Notes: a model not told the origin generated them from the letters alone. DNA of 64,000 bases from a virus (IMGVR_UViG_3300037247_001118:8894-72893); one strand, 5' to 3'; shown: positions 20,034 to 29,798, numbered from the stretch's first letter. Numbers and translations are program-made.

Positions 20034-20256
20034 CTTCAACACCTACGTCGATGACCGCCCCGGCACGGTGGCCGACAAGGACGCGATCAAGACAGGGGGC
20101 GCTACTCTCGCCCGTGCTGCTGTGGCTGAGGCGGTAGCCCACGCCAACAAGCACCTGAACGCCGTGATGGGCGACAACCCCGCCGACCTAGAGATGACAG
20201 GGCGGGTCTTCATGCTGCAACGCTACTTGGACTCAGTGGAGGCTTCTGATGGTTAG
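20014..20256 (+). CDS. Hypothetical protein (paralogue of 20391..20678)
   Basis: 80 aa; N-terminus [11 protein letters not shown]. Confidence 0.55.
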   Translation: MLQSLADFNTYVDDRPGTVADKDAIKTGGATLARAAVAEAVAHANKHLNAVMGDNPADLEMTGRVFMLQRYLDSVEASDG

Positions 20257-20398
20257 GCTCCTGTGGCACAGGCACTTCGGTCATGGAAAGCGCCGACTCA
20301 CGCCAGGTATAGATGATGGCTGGGGTAAGCCCAGGAACGCTTGGCCCCTCTGTCTCTGTGGAGTGGAACTCAAGTGGGAGCTGATGTCTAATGGCTAG
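20249..20398 (+). CDS. Small hypothetical protein (MVRLLWHRHF...)
   Basis: 49-aa ORF with GGAGG RBS, overlapping both neighbours. Confidence 0.4.
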   Translation: MVRLLWHRHFGHGKRRLTPGIDDGWGKPRNAWPLCLCGVELKWELMSNG

Positions 20399-20678
20399 TC
20401 CGGGCCTCGCCGCCTTCGACGCCTACGTGGACACCCGCTCGGCCACGAAAGCCGCCAAGGCGGCCCTGAAGGCCCGTGGCGAGCAACTGTACCTCGATGT
20501 CTACCGCGAACTGCCTGACCTTCTGGACAAGCTGGGCGATGCAGATGTTGCGGCGAACATTGGCGACGTTGACCTCGCCACCCGGCAGACGTTGTTCAAA
20601 GGCTGGTGGGCTGAGATGCGGGCTGAGGACGGCATGATCCAGCAGGATATCATCGACCGCTTAGAGGGCAAAGTCTGA
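20391..20678 (+). CDS. Hypothetical protein (paralogue of 20014..20256)
   Basis: 95 aa; N-terminus LAAFDAYVDTR. Confidence 0.6.
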   Translation: MASPGLAAFDAYVDTRSATKAAKAALKARGEQLYLDVYRELPDLLDKLGDADVAANIGDVDLATRQTLFKGWWAEMRAEDGMIQQDIIDRLEGKV

Positions 20679-21895
20679 TGGCTGATGTCGCAGTAGAAAC
20701 AGGCGCGTTTGGGGCATCCCACATCAGGGCTCAGCGGTCAGGCCCCGTCTGGACCGATGAGAACACCGGCTACATATTCTTTATAAACAGCGCCAACGAT
20801 GTGCGGTATCGGAAAACCACAGATGGCGGCGCGAGCTGGGCTGCCTCTGTGCTGATTGACGGGACCACCGCGACTAGCCTAGATGTCTGGTTCGACAAGT
20901 GGACTCCGGGGGATAGCGGTACGCTCATCCACATCTGGTGGCTTGAAAGCTCTACCGACAATGTTCATTGGCGGAGTCTCGACACGTCATCCGACACGTT
21001 GGGGACTGATAGAACCGTCTTCAGTGGGGCGTCGTTTAGCAGCACTGCCAACAGGCAGTCCCACGCGATTAGTGGGACCAAGGCGGTAGGTGGCAATTTG
21101 TATGTGCAGTTCTGGGGGGATGCTCTTGGTGAGCAGGACTTCTATCGCTCGACTAACGGGGGGACGACGTGGACCAATCGCGCTTCCGGCGGAGATGGTA
21201 ATGAAGTGGATGAGATTATTTGTCTTCCTGACGATGACGCTGCCGACAACCAAGACATTGTGATGATCTATTGGGATAGGTCGGCCAACGAGATCAGCAT
21301 CAAGAAGTATGATGATTCTGGGGATTCGTGGAGCGAGACTTCTATCTCAGGCAGCATGTTCGACACGAACGCGATCATGCAGATGAGCGCAGTTGTGCGG
21401 CACTCGGACGGCCATATCATTCTCGCTGCTTGGAGCAATCTGGATAACGCTACAGCCGACCTGAGGGTTTGGGACATCACCCTGGCTACCCCGACGATCA
21501 CGGCGAAGACGGACGTGGTCACGGACTCCAGTGATTGTGTGGGAGCGGCCCTCTTTATTGACCAGAACAATGATGATCTCTACTGCGGCTACTTAGGGAA
21601 TGAGGACGGAAGCGAGACATGGCAGGGTGCTACGCCCAATGGCATCACGGCATTCCTCAAGAAGTCTATTGATGGCGCTGCTACATGGGGCGCGCAGACG
21701 GCTTACCAAGAGGCAGCGGCTGCCGATGCGAGATACATTGACGCAGGCCATTCTACTCCCGGCAGTGCGGCAGGGCGCTTCGAGCCGGTGTGGTTCGATG
21801 CTGACCTCTTTGACCTGTTCGTCAACAAGGTCAACTCGGTGGAGATCACGGTAGCGGTAGCAGGCTTCGCCCACAGCTATGCGGTGATCATCTGA
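20678..21895 (+). CDS. BNR/Asp-box (sialidase-fold-like) protein, probably virion-associated
   Basis: Asp-boxes TTDGGASW, STNGGTTW, SIDGAATW; last gene of the tail module. Confidence 0.7.
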   Translation: MADVAVETGAFGASHIRAQRSGPVWTDENTGYIFFINSANDVRYRKTTDGGASWAASVLIDGTTATSLDVWFDKWTPGDSGTLIHIWWLESSTDNVHWRSLDTSSDTLGTDRTVFSGASFSSTANRQSHAISGTKAVGGNLYVQFWGDALGEQDFYRSTNGGTTWTNRASGGDGNEVDEIICLPDDDAADNQDIVMIYWDRSANEISIKKYDDSGDSWSETSISGSMFDTNAIMQMSAVVRHSDGHIILAAWSNLDNATADLRVWDITLATPTITAKTDVVTDSSDCVGAALFIDQNNDDLYCGYLGNEDGSETWQGATPNGITAFLKKSIDGAATWGAQTAYQEAAAADARYIDAGHSTPGSAAGRFEPVWFDADLFDLFVNKVNSVEITVAVAGFAHSYAVII

Positions 21896-21916
21896 TGGGC
21901 GCGCGTGAGCATTGTC

Positions 21917-21945
21917 TTGACAATGATTAACACCTGTGCTATGCT
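21917..21945 (+). promoter_or_regulatory. Sigma70-type promoter with ATGATTAACAC motif in the spacer
   Basis: TTGACA-17-TATGCT with extended TG. Confidence 0.8.
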
Positions 21946-21986
21946 CAGCATGTGACCCAATACGTCCACACTGTAGGAGGAGACAC

Positions 21987-23057
21987 ATGAAGGTAGCAGA
22001 CTTCGGGGCGTTCGTGCGCCTCACAGCACTCGCGGACCTTGACCCCGGCGCGGCCCAGCTCGGATTCAGAGGCAAGCCGCGGCTGCTCGCTTGGTATCAG
22101 GGGCAGCACCTTGGCGCGGTAACTGCTGCTGAGAGCGCTGTCACCATCAAAGGGCTCTCGGGCGAGAACGCATCCTGTGCCGTTGATACAGTACGCCTCG
22201 CAGCCGCGCTGCGGCTCTTCCCCGACGCCGACGCGCCACTCACGGTGACGTTCACACCGCCGGACCTGACGCTCTCTGTACCGGGCATGCGCCTCGCGCT
22301 CCGCACGATAGCGGACTCCACACCGCCTCAGATGGGCAGTAAGGGTGCCGACCAGATGTTCACCGTCGCCGAGACCGACCGGGCGTTGCTGAGCACGGCT
22401 CTGGGCATCCTCAGCGACGTGTCGGGAACGCGTCCGCTCAAGCCGGTGCTAGCCGGCACGCTGGCGTCCGTCAAGGATGGCACGCTACGGCTGGCAGCGA
22501 CGGACGCCATATCGGCTGCCATCGTGGAGATACCAGTTGAGGGTGCAGACGGTGACTACGGTATCATCCCCATCGCTGACCTACGCGCTGCGTTGGCTAC
22601 CTTTGGCGACGAGAAGCTGAAAGTCGGCTTGCAGGGCGGGCGTGTTGACCTAACGTGTGGTAGGACGCGGATCCGGCTGGCGCTGTTCAACGACACGTTC
22701 CCCGACATCCTAGCCGCTACGCCAGCGAAATACGCACAGATCGTTGAGCTCTCGGCGCAAGCTGTCGCTACAGCAGCCAAGGCTGCGACGGTACTGGGCA
22801 CCACATCACAGGTGATACTCAAGGCGAGGCAGGGTAAGATCGTACTCCTAGTCAACACCCAGGAGGTCGGCTCCTTCCAGACGGTCGGTGGCGCCGGCGC
22901 ACTGGACTGCGAGCTCACGCTCGGCAGTAGCTATTTGGAGAAGGCTCGCGCGTTCGGTGACACGCTCAAGCTACACCTGAACGACGCGAAGTCAACGATC
23001 ATGATCGAGGGCGAGCACCCCGGCTGGCGCTACTGGCTTGCGCCGATATCGCGCTAG
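21987..23057 (+). CDS. dnaN: DNA polymerase III beta sliding-clamp-like protein
   Basis: About 356 aa; KPVLAG...LRLAATD, FPD near the domain II/III junction, and C-terminal YWLAPI match the clamp layout; AGGAGGAGA RBS. Confidence 0.7.
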   Translation: MKVADFGAFVRLTALADLDPGAAQLGFRGKPRLLAWYQGQHLGAVTAAESAVTIKGLSGENASCAVDTVRLAAALRLFPDADAPLTVTFTPPDLTLSVPGMRLALRTIADSTPPQMGSKGADQMFTVAETDRALLSTALGILSDVSGTRPLKPVLAGTLASVKDGTLRLAATDAISAAIVEIPVEGADGDYGIIPIADLRAALATFGDEKLKVGLQGGRVDLTCGRTRIRLALFNDTFPDILAATPAKYAQIVELSAQAVATAAKAATVLGTTSQVILKARQGKIVLLVNTQEVGSFQTVGGAGALDCELTLGSSYLEKARAFGDTLKLHLNDAKSTIMIEGEHPGWRYWLAPISR

Positions 23058-23065
23058 CCCACTGA

Positions 23066-24445
23066 ATGTCTGATCTCTACCCCTATCAGACGCGGGCGGC
23101 CCAGAAGCTCATTCGGCTGGACGGGCGTGGCGGCCTCTTTCTCGATATGGGTACTGGCAAGACGCGCACGGCACTAGCCATCGCCTGGCACCTCCGCTGT
23201 CGCAGGCTCCTCATCGTAGTCCCGCTCTCAGCAGTCGGCGTGTGGCAGGCAGAGGCTGCACTCTTCTGGCCGAAGCTACGCGTGTGCGACGCCACAGTAG
23301 GCACCATCGCCAAGCGTGCCGCCTGCGTTCAGGAGGGCGAGTGCCACGCATACCTCGTCGGCTACGAGACGTTCTGGCGCGAGCCGCTGCGGAGCGCGAT
23401 CCTGAAGTGGCATCCCCACATGGTGATCTACGACGAGGCCCACCGGCTCAAGGGGCGGTCGTCGAAGCAGTCGCGGTTCGCCGGGCGGCTGGTGGAGATC
23501 GTGCCCCGGCGCCTTGCGCTGACGGGGACGCCGATGCCGAACGGGCCCGAGGACCTGTATGGCCTCTACCGCGCCATCGACCCCGCCATCTTCGGCTCGC
23601 GTTGGGCGGACTTCGAGCGCCAGTACCTCATAAAAGGCGGCTACCTCAACTACCAGACGGTAGGCTACAGGAACGTCCACGAGATCAAGCAGAAGCTGAG
23701 GGCTACCTCGGCGCGGGTAACGAAGGCGAACGCGCTGGACCTCCCGCCGCAGGTCGACGTCACCGTGCCGGTCACGCTCGACCGCGCTACGCGCGAGCTC
23801 TACGATGAGATGCGCAAGAAGGCCATCGCCGAAGTAGAGGGCTACGCCGGTGGCAAGACGGTCGCCGGCATCACACTGGCGCGGAGCGTGCTGACGAACA
23901 TCCTCCGGCTACAGACCATCACGGGCGGCTGGACGAAGCTGGCCAGCGGCGAGATCGTGGACCTGTCCTACGAGAAGCAGAAGCTGCTCCTGGACCTGCT
24001 CAGCGACGCCGTACCACAGGTTGGTCGCGTGGTCATCTTCTGCCGTTTCCGCCACGACATCGACCGGCTGACCGAGGCGCTGATGGGTAAGGAGTACACC
24101 TTCGTCCTGGACGGGCGGACGCCTCCTGCGGCTCGGGCGGAGCTGCTGGACAAGTTCCGTGCTGTCAAGTATGGGTATCTCATCGCACAGGTCGCTGTCG
24201 CATCACTCAGCATCGACTTGACATGCTCGCATCTAGGAGTGTTCTACAGCAGCGACTACAGCTTCGCCAATTACGAGCAGTGCCGCAATCGCCTCCACAG
24301 ACACGGGCAGGAGCAGAAGGTCACCTACCACTCGCTCGTCGCCACAGACACGGTTGACGAGCGCATCTACAAGGCGCTCCAGGACAAGGCCGAGCTGTCG
24401 AAGTCGATCCTGGACGTAGACTCGGCGAGGGAGCTGTTCGGGTGA
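23066..24445 (+). CDS. SNF2-family (DEAH) helicase
   Basis: DMGTGKT, YDEAH, LALTGTP, QCRNRLHRHGQ. Confidence 0.92.
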   Translation: MSDLYPYQTRAAQKLIRLDGRGGLFLDMGTGKTRTALAIAWHLRCRRLLIVVPLSAVGVWQAEAALFWPKLRVCDATVGTIAKRAACVQEGECHAYLVGYETFWREPLRSAILKWHPHMVIYDEAHRLKGRSSKQSRFAGRLVEIVPRRLALTGTPMPNGPEDLYGLYRAIDPAIFGSRWADFERQYLIKGGYLNYQTVGYRNVHEIKQKLRATSARVTKANALDLPPQVDVTVPVTLDRATRELYDEMRKKAIAEVEGYAGGKTVAGITLARSVLTNILRLQTITGGWTKLASGEIVDLSYEKQKLLLDLLSDAVPQVGRVVIFCRFRHDIDRLTEALMGKEYTFVLDGRTPPAARAELLDKFRAVKYGYLIAQVAVASLSIDLTCSHLGVFYSSDYSFANYEQCRNRLHRHGQEQKVTYHSLVATDTVDERIYKALQDKAELSKSILDVDSARELFG

Positions 24446-25143
24446 AACCCTACTATCAAGACGCCTCCGTGAAAATCTACCATGCGGATTGCCGCGAGAT
24501 GCTCGCCGCGATGAAGCCGAGCAGCGTTGATCTGGTGCTGACGGACCCTCCGTATGGCGTGCAGCGGGATAAGGGGTTCGGGGGGTTCGGGGGGTTCGGG
24601 GGGTTCGGGAAGCCGATAGCCCGGCGACAATACGGCGATGATTGGGACGTCGCACGACCAGATGCCACATGCTTCGCAGCCATCGTTGCGGTGGGGAAGC
24701 AGACCATCGTTTTCGGCGGGAACTTCTTCGCCGATCTGCTGCCACCATCCACACACTGGATCGTGTGGGACAAGCTCAACACCATGCCCACCTTTGGCGA
24801 TTGTGAGCTGCTGTGGACGAACGTGGATCGTAAGTCAGTGAAGAAGGTAACGGTACAGTACAACGGGCTGCTGGGGAAGGAGCAGCATCGTTGGCACCCA
24901 ACACAGAAGCCTCTGAAGTTGCTGCATTGGTGCGTTGACCACTACTCAGCGGTCGGAGACCGCATCCTCGATCCCTTCATGGGCTCAGGTACGACGCTCC
25001 GTGCCGCAAAGGACTTAGGCCGGAAGGCTGTCGGCATCGAGATCGAAGAACGCTACTGCGAGGTCGCTGCCAAACGCATGGAGCAGAGCACGTTGGGATT
25101 CGCTCTTGACCAAGCAGACACAGAGGATCAGGAGGAGGAATGA
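24442..25143 (+). CDS. DNA N4/N6 methyltransferase (beta class)
   Basis: TDPPY, HPTQKP, ILDPFMGSGTT, GIEIEERYC. Confidence 0.93.
   Translation: MKPYYQDASVKIYHADCREMLAAMKPSSVDLVLTDPPYGVQRDKGFGGFGGFGGFGKPIARRQYGDDWDVARPDATCFAAIVAVGKQTIVFGGNFFADLLPPSTHWIVWDKLNTMPTFGDCELLWTNVDRKSVKKVTVQYNGLLGKEQHRWHPTQKPLKLLHWCVDHYSAVGDRILDPFMGSGTTLRAAKDLGRKAVGIEIEERYCEVAAKRMEQSTLGFALDQADTEDQEEE
24574..24609 (+). repeat. (GGGTTCGGG)x4 in-frame tandem repeat
   Basis: Four perfect 9-nt units encoding GFG x4. Confidence 0.95.
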
Positions 25144-27560
25144 CCCTCCGCTTCGACCCAGCCTGTACGCGGTGCCTGCTCTCTGCGTGCCCACGCTCGG
25201 CTGGCGCACACGTCTGCGTCCCCGGCATGGGCGCTGTCCCGTCCGGCATCCTGGCCTACGGTGAGGCGCCAGGGGCCAAGGAGGAACAGGATGGACTTCC
25301 CTTCCAGGGGAACGCCGGTGGGCTGCTGGACGAGATTCTCGGCATGGCCGGCATGACGCGCAGCGATCTCTACATCGGCAACGTAGCGCGGTGCCGGCCT
25401 CCGGGGAACCGCAATCCCAGCACCGACGAGTTGGAAGCCTGTCGGCTCTACACGTCGCGGGAGCTTGAGGCGGTCCAGCCGAAGGTGATCGTCTCACTCG
25501 GTGGCGTGCCGCTGAAGGCACTCACCGGCAAGACAGCCATCGGCGAGAACCGGGGCAAGCTGCTCCCGCTGCTGCCCGCCTACCGCTCGAACGTCCGCGT
25601 CATCCCATCCTACCACCCGGCGTCGATCCTGCACCAGCCGTCGATCCGCGCCGTGCGGATGCAGCAGATCGCCGACGACCTGAAGCTGGCCAAGAAGTTC
25701 ACGACCGGCGGCGTGTGGGACGCGACGATAGTGATCAACCCCGCGAAGGTGCCGAAGGCGCTCGACCTGCTACAGCGCTGCGACCGCCTAGCCTGCGATC
25801 TCGAATGGGAGGTGTTCCCGGGACGGAAGACGACCTGGCCCTGGTCGCGGCAGGATGGAGGCGCGCCGCGGCTGGTGAGCTATGGCCTCGCGGGGCGTGT
25901 GGACGGGCGGCTGCTGGCGTGCTCGTTTGACGCCGCCGACACTCCCGATCTTGTCAAGGAGATGCTGGCACGGATACCCACTATCTACCACAACGCTGTC
26001 GCCGACGTAATCTGGCTGCTCTCTCGTGGCATCCACCCGATCATCGCTGGCGACACCTGGATTCGCGCCTTCCTCCTGAACATCCAGTCGTCGCTGAGCC
26101 TCAAGGCGCTCGCACCGACGCTGACCTCGGTCCCCGCCGGCTGGGGCGACGAGATGGGAGACCTGCTCGGGAAAGTGCCGGAGACGCCCGAGGAGTGGCA
26201 GCAGACCAAGGAGTACAACGCCAAGGACGCGGTGGCCACGTTCTTGCTTGACGAGGAGCTTGAGACGCGCTCGGAGGGGAAGCCGTTCATGCCCCTGTAC
26301 CGTGAGGTCCTGCTGCCAGCCGCTCTGCGCCTGTCGGAGGCCAGCCTCGCCGGCGTCCCGTTCGACACCAAGCGGCTGCACGAGCTGGCGGAGGCGGCGA
26401 AGGGGCGCATCGAGACGCTGACCGCACGGATCCGTGACACGGTGGGGAGTTCGCGGCAATCAGATATCGCTCACGCCGTCGAGCGCGTTGCGGGAATTAT
26501 GCTACCACGGACGGAGAAGACGCAGCAGCCCTCAATAGCCGAGGAGGCGCTGTTGCCGTACCGGGATCGGCATCCGTTAGTGAAGGACATACTCACCGCC
26601 GGCAAGCTCAAGAAACTGGACGGGACGTATCTGCGCCCGTGGGGGCAGTCGCTTGCGGAACAGGGCGACCACCGGCTCCATACCCTCTACCGCCTTGCCG
26701 GGCCACGCACCGGGCGGACGGCGGCTGAGCAGGAGCAGGGCGGTACAGTCCAGCAGTACCCCCGCTGGCAGCCGCTGAGGGAGTGTGTCAAGGTACCAGA
26801 CGGCTGGAAGCTGATCTCCGCCGATCAATCAATGATAGAGATGCGTATTGCGGCTTGGATAGCACAAGACCAGCAGCTACTCGCATTCTTTCAGGAAGGG
26901 CGCGATGTCCACGTCTGTACTGCCTCATGGATCAGAGCTCTTGCGGCTGGCTGCTCGCTGGCCGAGTGGAAGCGAGATATGGATGCGTGGATGGCCAAGG
27001 TGACAGCCGCCGATAGGTACGCAGCGAAGGCGCCCAACTTCGGCTTCCTTTTCGGGCTACGCGAGGAGGGATTCATCAAGCAGGCACTGAAGAAGTACGG
27101 CATCACCTTCACGATGGACACCGCTGCTCAGGCACGGGCTGGCTACTTTGAGCTGTACGCCGACCTTCTGTCCTGGCACGAGGACTCGTGGAAGTGGGTA
27201 CACCTGGGCTACGTGGACACTGCCACGGGGCGGCGGCGGATGCTCGGCGGCGAGGACGAGAACGCGCTGCACCGGAAGGCGATCAACACTCCGATCCAGG
27301 GACCGGCGTCGGACCTCTCAATTGCAGGTGGCGTCAAGGCCTGCCAGCGACTTGAGGACGAGGGGCTACTGGGAGACTCCGTGCTCTACCTCGGCTTCAT
27401 TCACGACGACAACCTCTTTATGGCCAAGGACGCGGCCGTGCCGGGAGCCGTCGAGATCATCGAGCACGAGATGGAGCACCCCGGCCTGGACCGCATTGGC
27501 ATGGGCGACTTCGACGTGCCGCTGGTGGTCAAAGCTAAGGTCGGACAGACGTGGAGTTGA
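25140..27560 (+). CDS. polA: Uracil-DNA glycosylase (family 4-like) fused to a family A DNA polymerase
   Basis: CTRC, GEAPG, CRPPGNR, YHPA; exonuclease motifs DLE, HN..D, YNAKD; polymerase motifs ADQSMIEMR, KAPNFG, IHDD. Confidence 0.92.
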   Translation: MTLRFDPACTRCLLSACPRSAGAHVCVPGMGAVPSGILAYGEAPGAKEEQDGLPFQGNAGGLLDEILGMAGMTRSDLYIGNVARCRPPGNRNPSTDELEACRLYTSRELEAVQPKVIVSLGGVPLKALTGKTAIGENRGKLLPLLPAYRSNVRVIPSYHPASILHQPSIRAVRMQQIADDLKLAKKFTTGGVWDATIVINPAKVPKALDLLQRCDRLACDLEWEVFPGRKTTWPWSRQDGGAPRLVSYGLAGRVDGRLLACSFDAADTPDLVKEMLARIPTIYHNAVADVIWLLSRGIHPIIAGDTWIRAFLLNIQSSLSLKALAPTLTSVPAGWGDEMGDLLGKVPETPEEWQQTKEYNAKDAVATFLLDEELETRSEGKPFMPLYREVLLPAALRLSEASLAGVPFDTKRLHELAEAAKGRIETLTARIRDTVGSSRQSDIAHAVERVAGIMLPRTEKTQQPSIAEEALLPYRDRHPLVKDILTAGKLKKLDGTYLRPWGQSLAEQGDHRLHTLYRLAGPRTGRTAAEQEQGGTVQQYPRWQPLRECVKVPDGWKLISADQSMIEMRIAAWIAQDQQLLAFFQEGRDVHVCTASWIRALAAGCSLAEWKRDMDAWMAKVTAADRYAAKAPNFGFLFGLREEGFIKQALKKYGITFTMDTAAQARAGYFELYADLLSWHEDSWKWVHLGYVDTATGRRRMLGGEDENALHRKAINTPIQGPASDLSIAGGVKACQRLEDEGLLGDSVLYLGFIHDDNLFMAKDAAVPGAVEIIEHEMEHPGLDRIGMGDFDVPLVVKAKVGQTWS

Positions 27561-27592
27561 CAACAGTGGGCGCGGTGCCGTATGATTAACAC
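27557..27592 (+). promoter_or_regulatory. Sigma70-type promoter with overlapping ATGATTAACAC motif
   Basis: TTGACA-18-TATGAT. Confidence 0.65.
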
Positions 27593-27614
27593 ACATGTAC
27601 AGGAGGAGGAGAGA

Positions 27615-27950
27615 ATGATGAAATTCTGTCTATATCGCTGGGGCTTCGCATTGGGGACTAAACGCTGGAGCTACTACATCACTTGGCGTCGAGGCAGCCT
27701 CGGCTTTCACATCGGTCACCTTCAGTTGGTCACCCTATGGTACTGGAAGCCACGATGGCCGCACTTCCTTGACACAGAGCGATTTGTGCAGCGGCTTCTC
27801 GGCTCCAATGGGCGCTGGACCTCGCGCAATATGAAGCTATCGGTGTGGCCAGTCATCGTCAGCCTTTATTGGCACGCAACCTGCCCCGGCTGTGTCAAGG
27901 AATACAGCCTGGATTACGACGTGTACCAGCAGCTCCAAGAGAGCCGGTAG
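27615..27950 (+). CDS. Trp/Tyr-rich hypothetical protein
   Basis: Strong AGGAGGAGGAGA RBS downstream of a promoter. Confidence 0.55.
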   Translation: MMKFCLYRWGFALGTKRWSYYITWRRGSLGFHIGHLQLVTLWYWKPRWPHFLDTERFVQRLLGSNGRWTSRNMKLSVWPVIVSLYWHATCPGCVKEYSLDYDVYQQLQESR

Positions 27951-27961
27951 GAGGAGGTCAA

Positions 27962-28999
27962 TTGAGGATCACATTCTCATCTGCCACTAGCTGGCGGCGC
28001 TGCCAGCAGGCTTACTTCTACGAGTACGTCGAAGGGCTCAAGCCGAAGCAGGAGTTCGCGCCACCGCTCCAACTGGGGCGTGTGGTTCACCGCTACCTTG
28101 AGAGCTTCTACGGGGCGCTGATCTCCAAGCGGAAGACGCCAATCAAGCCGTCGACGCGCCACGCCAACGCGCTCATGCAGATCGACCACGAGTTCACCGA
28201 GCCGACGCGGCAGCTCGCCGTCGCGGCACAGGTGGCCGGCGAGGACGAGCTCGGCAAGGAACTGCTCGGGCTGGTACCGAAGGCGGCGCGGCTCTGCCAG
28301 GCGTACTTCGAGCTGCGCGGCGGCCGCGACACGCATCGCGTTCTCTTATGTGAGGAGTACGTCCGGTTCCCGCTCACCGACAAGGACGAGGTAGTGGCCG
28401 TCATCGACCTGGTGACACAGGACGAAGACGGCAGCGTATACATCTGGGAGCACAAGACGACCAAGAACGTGCCCATGCAGGGACGGCGCCTACGCGACCT
28501 ACAGACGATCCTCGGCGCGGTGCTCCTGGAGGAAGTGCATGGTCTGAAGCCGGTCGGTGTCATCTGGAATTACTTCCGCACGCAGGAGCCCACTGAGCCG
28601 CGGCTGCTCAAGGACGGTACGCTAAGCCGGGCGAAGCAGGACACTACGTGGCGGGCGTACGAGCGGGCGCTCCAGGCTCACCAGCTCGACCACGCTGACT
28701 ACAAGGAGATGTATCACATCCTGGCCGACAAGGAGGAGAAGGTCTTCTTCCCGCGCATGCAGATGCAGCTCTTCCAGTCGGAGGCGGTGCTGCTGCGCGA
28801 CCTCCTCTCGACATGCGGCGAGATTCGCGCAGCCGTCAGCGATCCGGGATTCGTCCCGGTGCGGAACATCGGACAGAACTGCGACTGGTGTCGCTTCAAC
28901 AAAGTCTGCGAGGCGGCGCTGCTGGGCGGAGACGAGGCCGAGCTCAAGAGAATGCTGTTCGTAGCGAAGGGAGTACGAGATGGCTACAGCGCCGACTAG
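27962..28999 (+). CDS. PD-(D/E)XK (RecB/Cas4-like) exonuclease
   Basis: TFSS...C...Y, GRVVH, IDLV...WEHKT and C-terminal CDWCRF..C; TTG start after GGAGG. Confidence 0.85.
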   Translation: MRITFSSATSWRRCQQAYFYEYVEGLKPKQEFAPPLQLGRVVHRYLESFYGALISKRKTPIKPSTRHANALMQIDHEFTEPTRQLAVAAQVAGEDELGKELLGLVPKAARLCQAYFELRGGRDTHRVLLCEEYVRFPLTDKDEVVAVIDLVTQDEDGSVYIWEHKTTKNVPMQGRRLRDLQTILGAVLLEEVHGLKPVGVIWNYFRTQEPTEPRLLKDGTLSRAKQDTTWRAYERALQAHQLDHADYKEMYHILADKEEKVFFPRMQMQLFQSEAVLLRDLLSTCGEIRAAVSDPGFVPVRNIGQNCDWCRFNKVCEAALLGGDEAELKRMLFVAKGVRDGYSAD

Positions 29000-29798
29000 C
29001 GCATCGAAAAGCATCGCCGACAGGATCGCCAAGCCGTCGGGGCAGATGGGGTATGTGGGAGCGACGATCTTCGGCAAGGGAGGCGTAGGCAAAACGACGC
29101 TCCTGGGAACTATGCCGGGAATGGGCGTCGTCATCGACATCCCGCAAGTCGAGGGAGGCACCTGCGTCCTGGTGGATCAGGTTGACCACGTGCGCGTCCT
29201 GCCCGTCACGACCTGGGATGATCTGGACGCTGCCCACAAGTACCTCCGCGACGAGAAGCATGGCTTCAAATGGTACGCCATTGACACGGTCACGGCCACG
29301 CAGGAGTTGGCGAAGCGAAAGACGCTGAAGGAACGTGATCTCTCGGGTGACCCGCGCATCATTGATCGGCAGGACTGGGGCAAGATCGGCGAGTTGCAGA
29401 AGTCGCTGTTCTACAGCTTCCGCTCCCTGCCGATGCACGGCATCTTCCTTGCGCAGGAGAAGTTGCGTGAGGGCGGCGAGGGTGGTGCGCTTGAGTACCA
29501 GCCCGACGTATCGCCGGCGTCCCTGAGTGGACTGGTGCCCTCCATGTTCTTGATCGGTCGCATGTTCACGCGGGAGATCGAAGACCCGAAGGCAAAGGAA
29601 TTGGTGATAGAGAGGAGGCTGCGAGTCGGCACACAGACGCTGTCGGTTGCCAAGGTTCGAGCACTACCCACCCGACAGCTTCCCCCGGTGCTCAAGAATC
29701 CGCACCTAGGCCGGATCTTCGCCTGGCTACTCGGGAGCCCGAAAGCGACGTGCCCCGAGGCAGCAGGCGCAGACCCGGACCTGTTCGCTGGCGGCTAG
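28980..29798 (+). CDS. AAA_24 / Sak4-like ATPase (recombinase)
   Basis: GKGGVGKTT, AIDTVT, DWG; lies between an exonuclease and an SSB. Confidence 0.8.
   Translation: MATAPTSASKSIADRIAKPSGQMGYVGATIFGKGGVGKTTLLGTMPGMGVVIDIPQVEGGTCVLVDQVDHVRVLPVTTWDDLDAAHKYLRDEKHGFKWYAIDTVTATQELAKRKTLKERDLSGDPRIIDRQDWGKIGELQKSLFYSFRSLPMHGIFLAQEKLREGGEGGALEYQPDVSPASLSGLVPSMFLIGRMFTREIEDPKAKELVIERRLRVGTQTLSVAKVRALPTRQLPPVLKNPHLGRIFAWLLGSPKATCPEAAGADPDLFAGG

Noticed and set aside
27962-28999. Cas4 / CRISPR system
   Set aside because: The context (Sak4-like ATPase, SSB) is a recombination module, and no repeat-spacer array or other cas gene is present.
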